This document shows positions 48,754-56,673 of a stretch of DNA of 64,000 nt, in pieces. The position numbers and the translations under genes are program-made. The notes beneath the pieces are model-generated. The model had not been told where the DNA came from. It made no database searches and worked only from the letters and a program-made list of their open reading frames with translations. The stretch comes from Candidatus Latescibacterota bacterium (GTDB lineage Bacteria; Latescibacterota; UBA2968; GCA-2709665): NCBI GenBank assembly GCA_965219995.1, contig CBDCOX010000002.1, forward strand, positions 3,072,001-3,136,000, in the 5' to 3' direction. Position 1 is the stretch's first letter. Each line of letters starts with the position of its first letter.

Positions 48754-51372
48754 ATGAGACGACTCTCAGGTTCGCTGTTCCTGTTGCTGACATTCGTTCA
48801 CCCTCTTTCCGCGCAGAGGATCGGCGAGCCGCAACCGGTCCACCTCATCGGGACGTCGACCCCTTTGACCCTCGAGTTTTCCGACCGGGACTATCTGATG
48901 ATCCTCTATTCACTGTATTCGGACGTTCCGCCCGATCTCAAGGAGAGTCCGGAGTACGGATTCTCTGTTTTCAGCCCCTCGAACGGCGCCGGTTCCACGG
49001 GCATTCCCGGTCCCGTCGCGAGGGTTTCGCCGCTGTCGATCGGCGGTCTGGAAGCGCAGCTTCGAAGACAGGAGCAGGAGCTCGCCCGCCGCGTACGGGA
49101 AACCGGCGGATACCGCCCCCCGGCGACGAAAGTCGCGCCTCAACAGGTCAGCGCCCGCCAGTTCGCGTTTCCGGCATTCGGCAACGTGCCCGATACGACC
49201 GTTACGGCGGTGCTCGTCGCGGGCAGCTTCAGGGCGAACGCGTACGTGGACGTGGCCGACACCGGCCGCGTCAGCAGGCAGCGGATCCAGGGGGACGCCG
49301 ACCTGTTCACCTTGAGGATCCATCCCGTTCTCACGTCCACGCTCGCACGGGATCCGCGTGCGGCGGACATCGGGAAGGTTATCCTGCTCTACACCCACCT
49401 GGTTGACGAAGTCGGTGACGACACCACCATGGTACGCGGGTTCTTCAACGCCGCGTCGGTCCTGCCTCCCAGCCAGGGCGGTAACGGCGACCAGCTCAAC
49501 CTGCTGTTTATCAATCCATTCAACGAACCGGAGGTCGCCGAAGCCGTGCTCGCCCACGAATTCCAACACCTCTTCAGCTTCCACCAGCACGTACTCATTC
49601 GCAACGGCCGGCCGGAAGAAGCCTGGCTCAACGAAGGGCTGTCGCACGTGTGTGAAGACCTGGTCGGCGGACACGAAGTGCACAATCGACAGATTGTCGA
49701 ACGCTTCCTCGCCGACCCGAGCCGTACGCCGTTGCGCGGGTCGGTCGAAATCCCGGGCGTCCGCGGCGCCGCCTATCTGTTTGTGCGGAGTCTCATTGAA
49801 GACTCCGGCATGGAAATCCTCACGCGCCTGGTCCAGACGAGCCATATCGGACTCCGCAACGTCAGAGAAGCCGCCGGCGACCCCATCACCGACATATACC
49901 TGAGATTTCTGTCGCGGCTGTACTTCACCGGCTCGAGGCTGAACCCCACGCTCGAATACACCGCGCCGCCTCTGGTGGACGCCACAACCGGCGCGCGCCG
50001 CTTCCCCTTTCCGGAAGAAACCCTCGTATCGTCCGGGACCCCCCCGGCGATCGGGAGCGTGCAGCCCCTTTCCGCGGCCTATATGCGGCTGTCGTACGGT
50101 GAAGACCGGTTGATATGGATCCAGACCGACGCGGAGGGCTTGCCCGGCGTGGTCCTTGTCCCGATTCTACCCGCCGACCAGGACCGAATCTCGATTCCGA
50201 CCGATTTCTTTACGGGCATCACGCTGGACGCGCCCATCGCCGGACCCCATCTGTCCTACACGCCGATTCCGATTTCCGGCGCCGTGTCCGACACGCTCAT
50301 CGCCGAACTCGAGTTCGTCCTCCTGTTATCGGATTACAGCACGGAAAACCGGTACGTCGTCCCGGTCCGGGACGAGAAATTCACACATACGTTCTTCTTC
50401 TCGCACGAACAGGCGGGCGACTACCGGCTGGAGGCGAGAACGAGACGGGCAGAACGGCAGGACAGCGAGACGGCGGGCACGTTCGGCGCCTTCACAGTCG
50501 AGGAAGGGCCGGAGACCGCGCCGATTCCCGTCGGTTACTTTACGGACATCGTCTTTTCCTCGCCGATTCCCGTCGAAGCGCGATCCGGACAGGCGATCCG
50601 ACTTTCCGGCACGGTATCCGATTCGTCCCTGACCGCGATCAAATTCAGTTTCTGGCACGAGGATATCGACAAATCGCTGCACTTCAATGCGCCGGTGACG
50701 AACGATCAATTCAGGAAAACCGTCTTCTTCACGCACGGACAAACCGGCGTTTACCAGTTTGCGATCAACCGGCAGCGGGAAAATACGAGCTATGCGCTTC
50801 CACAGGATGCCTTCAGCCCCTTTGTCGTCGTTGAGGGAGACGGGGCGGCCCTCATCCCCGTGGATTTCTTCGATGAAATCAGACTTCAGGCGCCCATGCC
50901 GATTGAATACCGGATCGGCCGGTCGGTGAGCGTCGAGGGCGCGGTATCCGATCCTTCCGCGTCCCAGATCGAGTTCGAATTCTACACGTCAGGCGGGGAC
51001 ACGCAGACTGAATCCGGCACGACCGACACCCGTTTCTTCGCGCAGGTGGTCGACGGCCGGTTCAGCATCGACATCGTCTTTTCACCCGAACAGCGGGTCT
51101 CGGACGACTATACGCTCGACGTATGGCTGTGGCGGAGCGGCGAACGTTCCAGGGGCTACCGAAGATTCGCACCGATTTCAATCATCGAGGCGCTGCCATC
51201 TCCCGACTTCAATGGCGACGGAACGGTGGGATTCGCGGATTTCATCGCGTTTGCGGAGGGGTTCGGCAAGACGGCGGCCGACGCGGACTTCGATCCCAGG
51301 TTTGACCTGGATGGGGACGCGACCGTTGGATTCGGGGATTTTGTGATCTTCTCGAGTGCCTTTGGACAGTAG
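48754..51372 (+). CDS. Secreted zinc metallopeptidase (HExxH...E) with three Ig-like repeats and a C-terminal dockerin-like EF-hand pair
   Basis: Signal peptide; LAHEFQHL...WLNEGLS; repeats IPTDFF/IPVGYF/IPVDFF; DFNGDGTVGFADF...FDLDGDATVGFGDF. Confidence 0.8.
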   Translation: MRRLSGSLFLLLTFVHPLSAQRIGEPQPVHLIGTSTPLTLEFSDRDYLMILYSLYSDVPPDLKESPEYGFSVFSPSNGAGSTGIPGPVARVSPLSIGGLEAQLRRQEQELARRVRETGGYRPPATKVAPQQVSARQFAFPAFGNVPDTTVTAVLVAGSFRANAYVDVADTGRVSRQRIQGDADLFTLRIHPVLTSTLARDPRAADIGKVILLYTHLVDEVGDDTTMVRGFFNAASVLPPSQGGNGDQLNLLFINPFNEPEVAEAVLAHEFQHLFSFHQHVLIRNGRPEEAWLNEGLSHVCEDLVGGHEVHNRQIVERFLADPSRTPLRGSVEIPGVRGAAYLFVRSLIEDSGMEILTRLVQTSHIGLRNVREAAGDPITDIYLRFLSRLYFTGSRLNPTLEYTAPPLVDATTGARRFPFPEETLVSSGTPPAIGSVQPLSAAYMRLSYGEDRLIWIQTDAEGLPGVVLVPILPADQDRISIPTDFFTGITLDAPIAGPHLSYTPIPISGAVSDTLIAELEFVLLLSDYSTENRYVVPVRDEKFTHTFFFSHEQAGDYRLEARTRRAERQDSETAGTFGAFTVEEGPETAPIPVGYFTDIVFSSPIPVEARSGQAIRLSGTVSDSSLTAIKFSFWHEDIDKSLHFNAPVTNDQFRKTVFFTHGQTGVYQFAINRQRENTSYALPQDAFSPFVVVEGDGAALIPVDFFDEIRLQAPMPIEYRIGRSVSVEGAVSDPSASQIEFEFYTSGGDTQTESGTTDTRFFAQVVDGRFSIDIVFSPEQRVSDDYTLDVWLWRSGERSRGYRRFAPISIIEALPSPDFNGDGTVGFADFIAFAEGFGKTAADADFDPRFDLDGDATVGFGDFVIFSSAFGQ

Positions 51373-51377
51373 ACCAA

Positions 51378-51661
51378 GAGCGGGGAGACGTGAGACGGAA
51401 GACGGTAGATGACGTCATTGCCCGATTGGTTCTTACTCAATGCCTCTGGCAAGATGTGAAACCACGCGGGACAATAAAAAAACCGGTGAGAGGGTAGACG
51501 TGAGACGGTAGATGACGTCTTTGCCCGTTTGGTTTTTCCTTTATGCCTGCGGCAAAAAGTGAAACCGGACGCGGCGGACAATCTCTCCCGTCTTACCTCT
51601 AACGTCTCCCCGCCTTTGGGGCGCTCATGTCATCTCCCGTCTCACGTCTCCCGTCTCACCA
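51378..51661 (+). repeat. Modular heptamer-armed hairpin element, copy 7 (A + A + extra inverted arm)
   Basis: Core A at 51409 and 51512; two right arms, the second overlapping the amidohydrolase C-terminus. Confidence 0.9.
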
Positions 51662-52436
51662 GGGGTAGGGGGTTGGGAGATCGGAGCATGGTGTCGGCGT
51701 TGCGCCAGGCGATGGCCTCCCTGACGTCTGCGGGCGCGTCGAGGATCTGCAGTTTCAGCAATGCGGGCGCGGGTGTGTTGAACGGCATCCCGGACCCGAA
51801 GGCCAGGCGCCCGGTCCCCCACGCCTGTGTGAGGCCCTGGATGCTGCGCTCCAGGACCGCGGTCAGGCGGGAGACGTCCACCAGGAACCGGACGTCCGGG
51901 GGAAGAATGCGCCCGGTGAAGCCGGCGCCGTTCAGAATCATCCATCGAATGTGCGGCCGCAACTGAAAAAGCCGGCGAAACGTCGCCGGCTTCAGGTCAT
52001 CCGCCATATCCCAGGGATGCCGTTGTCGCCGGTCCACAATACGCATGGGTACCTGCACGGGCCACCCCACCTCCGAAACCGCATCCAGCAGATCAAGCGA
52101 CGCCTCCGACTCCGGATCGTACCCGTGGTATTGCGGAACCAGTCGAATCCCGCACAGCTCCAGGTCCTCAACGCACCGGCGCAGGTCCTCCTCCCAGCCC
52201 GCGTAGGCCGGATTCAACGTGGCGAACGGAATCAGCCGGTCGCGGTGCCGCAGCACCTGACGGGCCAGTTCCTCGTTGGCCGAATGAGCGTCCCTGTAGA
52301 ACACCCCGTGGATTGACGCCACCACCGCCCGGTCGATGCCGCTGCGGTCCATCAGCCTCAGGAGCCCCTGCACCGTATTGTGGCGCAACCGCCGGAACGG
52401 CCAGTGCCCCACCCACGCGTTGACGTCTATGATCAT
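51642..52436 (-). CDS. Amidohydrolase family 2 (TIM-barrel metal-dependent hydrolase)
   Basis: IIDVNAWVG, ANEELA, GIRLVPQYHGY, LAFGSGMPF, IAWRNA. Confidence 0.8.
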   Translation of the reverse strand: MIIDVNAWVGHWPFRRLRHNTVQGLLRLMDRSGIDRAVVASIHGVFYRDAHSANEELARQVLRHRDRLIPFATLNPAYAGWEEDLRRCVEDLELCGIRLVPQYHGYDPESEASLDLLDAVSEVGWPVQVPMRIVDRRQRHPWDMADDLKPATFRRLFQLRPHIRWMILNGAGFTGRILPPDVRFLVDVSRLTAVLERSIQGLTQAWGTGRLAFGSGMPFNTPAPALLKLQILDAPADVREAIAWRNADTMLRSPNPLPLVRRET

Positions 52437-52462
52437 TTCCGTTCCCGCCGATTGTCCGCACC

Positions 52463-53509
52463 TCAGCCATACAGCTGCTGCACGAATTCCTGGTACCCGT
52501 TATACAGAAGCGTGGGCCGCACGAGCGGCTTGGACGCGTCGGTTGTGATGAACCGTTCCGTGGCCTGCGACCAGCGCGGATGCGGCACGTGCGGCTCCAC
52601 GTTGGCCAGGAACCCGTATTCCCTGGGCACGAGCTCGTTCCAGAACGTGGGCGGCTGCTCGGCCACGAACTCGATGGATACGATCGATTTCGCACTCTTG
52701 AACCCGTACTTCCACGGGATCACGAGCCGCACCGGGGCGCCGTGCTGCTTCGGCAGTTCGTGGCCGTAGATGCCCGTGGCGACGAACGTGAGCTCGTTCA
52801 TCGCTTCATCGATTCTGAGCCCCTCCTGGTAGGGCCACGGCCACTGCGGGTTGTCGAACTGACCGGGCGCCTGGTCCGGGTTGATGAACGTGTTGAACTT
52901 GACGTGGGTGGCGCCGGCCTGCGGCTCCACGGCGTCGATCAGCGCCTTCATCGGGAATCCCGTCCAGGGGATGGCCATGGACCACGCCTCGACGCAGCGC
53001 AGCCGGTAGAGCCGCTCTTCGAGCTGGAATCTGCGGTGCAGCGCGTCGTAATCCAGCGTGAGCGGATTGCCGACCAAGCCCTTGACCTCCAGCGTCCAGG
53101 GATTGATCACGAACTTTTCGGCCTTTTCGAGGACCCCGGTCTTTCCGCGGCTGAACTCGTAAAAGTTGTTGTAGCCCCCGGCGATCTCCTCATTCGTCAG
53201 GTTGCGGTCCAGTTCCGAAAATTTCGGATTCGTCTGCGCCGGGTACGCGGGCTTTATCTCTTCCTCCTCTTCCTCTTCTTCTTCCTCCTCTTCCTCTTCC
53301 TCTTCCTTGTCCGTATCCGCGTCCGTGGTGGGCGTTTCCGGCTCGAACGGCTCGAACACCCGCTCGCTCCCGCACCCCACCAGCATGCCCGCCGCACCCA
53401 CCGCGCCGGCTGTCTTCAGGAATTTTCGCCGGTCTACGTACACGTCCTCGGACGTGGCCTCGCTCTCCGGCATTTCCCATCCCCTGGGGACAATGATATT
53501 GGCCATCAT
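52463..53509 (-). CDS. msrP: Molybdoenzyme protein-methionine-sulfoxide reductase catalytic subunit MsrP, Tat lipoprotein with a poly-Glu linker
   Basis: DRRKFLK Tat motif with LVGC lipobox; YNNFYEF, RCVEAWS, HGAPVRLVIPWKYGFKS, HPRWSQA. Confidence 0.92.
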   Translation of the reverse strand: MMANIIVPRGWEMPESEATSEDVYVDRRKFLKTAGAVGAAGMLVGCGSERVFEPFEPETPTTDADTDKEEEEEEEEEEEEEEEEIKPAYPAQTNPKFSELDRNLTNEEIAGGYNNFYEFSRGKTGVLEKAEKFVINPWTLEVKGLVGNPLTLDYDALHRRFQLEERLYRLRCVEAWSMAIPWTGFPMKALIDAVEPQAGATHVKFNTFINPDQAPGQFDNPQWPWPYQEGLRIDEAMNELTFVATGIYGHELPKQHGAPVRLVIPWKYGFKSAKSIVSIEFVAEQPPTFWNELVPREYGFLANVEPHVPHPRWSQATERFITTDASKPLVRPTLLYNGYQEFVQQLYG

Positions 53510-53528
53510 TTCACTCCTCGTTATGTCG

Positions 53529-54356
53529 TCAACGTTTCAGGGCGACGCCGATGAAGAAGGTGTTGCCCGCCGTGGTGTTGCATCCCGATGCGACGTGGAT
53601 CAGGTCCAGGCTCACCTCCACCGCAGGATTCACCCTGTAGATGATTCCCGGGGAAATCTTGAGGATGTTCTGGTCGCCGATGAGACCCACCTCATCCCCC
53701 GGGTCGCAGTTGCCGAACGTCCGGATCCCGGAAACGAACCCCTTGATCAGGATCCGATCGTAGGTCATCCCGGCTTCCAGCGTGTAGAACCATTCGTTGC
53801 TGAACGTTCCCCCACGCAGCCGATACCCCACCTCCCCCGTAACGTACCCCGGCAGCGGGTACAGGGACTTTCCGAGCAGGAGACGCGCGTCCCCATCGAT
53901 CTTTCTCGTGCTCAACGGTACCCGGGTGTTCTCATCCTCTTCGTACCACGTGGGGATCTTTCCGCCCGCCGCGACGGAGGCCACGAAATCCCGGTCCCAC
54001 AGGAGACGGCGCATCCGCACCTCCACGTCTCCGAACCCCCACCGCCTCTCCAGCGCCGTGCCCGTCTGGAACGTGCGCGTATCCTTCATGCTCTTATAGG
54101 GCGCCGACGCCACGAACGTGAGCCCGCCTGCGATTCCGTACTCCACATAGGCCGTACAGTTTACGTCGCGCAACCTCCCCTCCCCGTCCTTATCCACCTT
54201 GTCCCCGGCCGCGTCGATATCCTTCGTCGTATTCAGATAGCCGCCGGACAGCTTCACATAATAGCCGCCCTTCTTCTGCGTCCACGCCCCCGCGAAGGCC
54301 TGTGAGGCGATCAGCAGCAAAAGAACACAACCCCCCCCGAGGACTCGCCATCTCAT
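53529..54356 (-). CDS. Putative outer-membrane beta-barrel protein
   Basis: AGGAG RBS, signal peptide ending AFA-GAWTQKKG, YVEYG, GFGDVEV, alternating beta strands. Confidence 0.7.
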   Translation of the reverse strand: MRWRVLGGGCVLLLLIASQAFAGAWTQKKGGYYVKLSGGYLNTTKDIDAAGDKVDKDGEGRLRDVNCTAYVEYGIAGGLTFVASAPYKSMKDTRTFQTGTALERRWGFGDVEVRMRRLLWDRDFVASVAAGGKIPTWYEEDENTRVPLSTRKIDGDARLLLGKSLYPLPGYVTGEVGYRLRGGTFSNEWFYTLEAGMTYDRILIKGFVSGIRTFGNCDPGDEVGLIGDQNILKISPGIIYRVNPAVEVSLDLIHVASGCNTTAGNTFFIGVALKR

Positions 54357-54528
54357 TTCAAGTTTCTCCTTCCCTCTTCCAGTATTGACCGGTGAATCCC
54401 AACCCCCTTTTCACGATCCCCTCCGTTTACTTTAACGAACAGGACCGGGTTCCGTTCCGTAGAACGTGTAATGTTCTCGCAAGAGTTTCCGTCACATTTC
54501 TCGCTCCCGCCTCGAATCGGCGGCACCC

Positions 54529-54561
54529 AAAAAAAACCGGGGCGGAGGCTGTCCCGGTTTT
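54529..54561 (-). terminator. Intrinsic terminator
   Basis: AAAAAAAACCGGG...CCCGGTTTT hairpin downstream of the short GxxxG ORF. Confidence 0.6.
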
Positions 54562-54588
54562 CGTGGCTACGTTAGAAACTGAGTAGAT

Positions 54589-54807
54589 TCAATCCTGATA
54601 TCCGTTGTTGAGGAAAGGCGGATCTTCCTTGAACCCCTGACTCCCTTTCGCTTTCTCTTCTGAAATCCATTTCCTGATCAACTCGTCACGTTCCTTCCGG
54701 CCTTCCGCCCGGCCTTCTGCCCGGGCTTCCGTCCAGGTTGCTACACGGCCCAGACGGACTCCCCTTTTGAGGTTCCAGTGCTTAACGGCTTCTTGAATGG
54801 GGCCCAT
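54589..54807 (-). CDS. Small soluble GxxxG-repeat protein, paralog of the C-terminal domain of 54938-55348
   Basis: AGGAGG RBS; 72 aa; differences from the paralog in the 3' half are mostly synonymous. Confidence 0.7.
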   Translation of the reverse strand: MGPIQEAVKHWNLKRGVRLGRVATWTEARAEGRAEGRKERDELIRKWISEEKAKGSQGFKEDPPFLNNGYQD

Positions 54808-54937
54808 AGGATTTTTCGCCTCCTGCGGGAAACCGGAGATATCAGCTTCTTACCGTGTGGCTTCTGCCTGCCCACCGCGCTCCGCCTGGCGCAGGCAGGG
54901 CTGAGCAAAGCAAAGCCTGGTCAATGACCGCGTGTAT

Positions 54938-55348
54938 TCAATCCTCATATCCGTTGTTGAGGAAAGGCGGATCTTCCTTGAACCCTTGACTCCCCTTTGC
55001 TTTCTCTTCCGAAAGCCATTTCCTGATCAACTCGTCCCGTTCTTTCCGGCCTTCCTTTCGGCCTTCTTCCAGGCCTTCTTCCCGGCCGCGTCGAAGTCCC
55101 CTCTCCAGGTTCCATTTTTTGACCGATTCGTGTATGCCCAACATAAGGTCCTTCACCTCCAATAAAACGAATGAAGACGTCACTGCGAAAAGCCCAAGCG
55201 CCCCCACGTCCGCCACAATGGAAAAATTCCATTGAAATTCATAAGATCCCGTGAACCGAAGGAATACGCCGCCAATGAAGAAGACAACGAACAGAAAGGA
55301 AAATATGCCCCTATCCGTAACACTCCAAACAGACTTTCTGTGATCCAT
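54938..55348 (-). CDS. Two-TM membrane protein with C-terminal GREEG/GxxxG repeats and an internal start
   Basis: Two hydrophobic helices followed by RGREEGLEEGRKEGRKE; internal GGAGGTG-N9-ATG at 55144. Confidence 0.7.
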   Translation of the reverse strand: MDHRKSVWSVTDRGIFSFLFVVFFIGGVFLRFTGSYEFQWNFSIVADVGALGLFAVTSSFVLLEVKDLMLGIHESVKKWNLERGLRRGREEGLEEGRKEGRKERDELIRKWLSEEKAKGSQGFKEDPPFLNNGYED

Positions 55349-55606
55349 TCGACCAATTTTCTATTTGAGACCACGAGGATAGGATCAGCAGCCGGGCCAG
55401 ATCGTTTCAGACCGGAAATAACGGTAAGCTGGAGATTCTTCGGGGCGCAATTTGTGAACCACTGGATACAATATATCCATTCCATCCCGGATCGTCAAGA
55501 GACGGGAAATGAGAAGGAAAAAGGAAGAACAAAAACCGGTTGGTCCTCGTGCGGTTTTTCCGTCGTGTCCCGACAGGGCGCCTGACGGCGGACACTGAGA
55601 AGCTAC

Positions 55607-56155
55607 TTAAAATACTTCGTCAATGTTCAACTTAAAACCGTGCAAAGTAGCCGAAGTCAACGTCTCTCCTTTACCGTAGACGTCCGCAACCACCAATCCT
55701 CGTTTACCAGGCAGCAGGGCCGTGATTGATTCTTCTTCAGTGTCCACCATCCAGTACTCTCCCACGCCGTGCCTGCCATAAAGTACCCGCTTGAATGTCG
55801 TGTCGCGTGTGGCCGTGGACGCAGAAAGGATTTCGACGATCAGGTCCGGCGCTCCCTGCACGTTTTCGGGGGTGATGATACTGCGGCGTTCGTTGGAGAC
55901 AAAGAGCAGTTCGGGTTGCACCACGTCCAGGTCCGACAACACCACGTCGAAGGGAGCGTGATAGACTCGACCCAGGTTGTTCTCAGACGCAAACTGAAAC
56001 AGTTTCGATCCCAGCAGGATGGAAACGCTCTGGTGAAGTTCCCCAGGCGCAGGCGTCATGGCCAACTCTCCGTCAAGCAGTTCATACCGCTTGTCTTCCG
56101 GTGTGTTCCGGTAGTCTTCGTAGGTAAACTTGACCGTTGGATTCGGGATCGCCAT
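55607..56155 (-). CDS. Uma2/DUF820 family putative endonuclease
   Basis: RYELLDG, PAP..HQ, VVQPELLFV, GAPDLIVEILS, GVGEYWMVD. Confidence 0.9.
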   Translation of the reverse strand: MAIPNPTVKFTYEDYRNTPEDKRYELLDGELAMTPAPGELHQSVSILLGSKLFQFASENNLGRVYHAPFDVVLSDLDVVQPELLFVSNERRSIITPENVQGAPDLIVEILSASTATRDTTFKRVLYGRHGVGEYWMVDTEEESITALLPGKRGLVVADVYGKGETLTSATLHGFKLNIDEVF

Positions 56156-56356
56156 GGTTGCCGCCCTTTCTCCGGAGACGGTTTTCGTGCGTGACACTGG
56201 AATCAGCAACGCGGGACCTCACGTGGTCCGCACAGGTTCCTTGCCAGCTCAGGAGCCGCAACCGAAGCAACCGACGCCGGCTAACGCGTCCTCCTCTTGC
56301 CAATGACTCTATACAAAATATCCATCGCATTGCATTTCGTCAAGCCTGAACGGTCG

Positions 56357-56573
56357 AAGAAGGAAGAATTAAGAATTAAGAATGAAAACCCGAAGGCGGT
56401 GAGACGTGAGACGGTAGTTAAAGGCGGTGAGACGGGAGAGGGTAGACGGTAGACGATGACGTTACCACAGTGTTTTCACGGTAACCGTGCCTGTTTCTTT
56501 GCTGATATGGTAACAAAGAGAAAAACCGTCGGGCACTCATATCATCTCCCGTCTAACGTCTTACGTCTCACCC
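56357..56573 (+). repeat. Modular heptamer-armed hairpin element, copy 8 (AAGAATT leader + core B)
   Basis: Core B closely matches the one at 5300; followed by a G-run tail. Confidence 0.9.
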
Positions 56574-56618
56574 GGGGTAGGGGCCGGGGGTGGTTGGGAG
56601 GGAGCTTCTGCAGCGAAC

Positions 56619-56653
56619 AAAAAACCGCCGGACGCGGGGTCCGGCGGATTTTT
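56619..56653 (-). terminator. Intrinsic terminator after the surface-protein pair
   Basis: AAAAAA-CCGCCGGAC-loop-GTCCGGCGG-ATTTTT. Confidence 0.8.
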
Positions 56654-56673
56654 CGTTCCATATGCGACTGCGA

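Noticed and set aside
54589-55144. DGR template/variable repeat pair
   Set aside because: Mismatches are mostly synonymous rather than adenine-specific, and there is no reverse transcriptase in the window.
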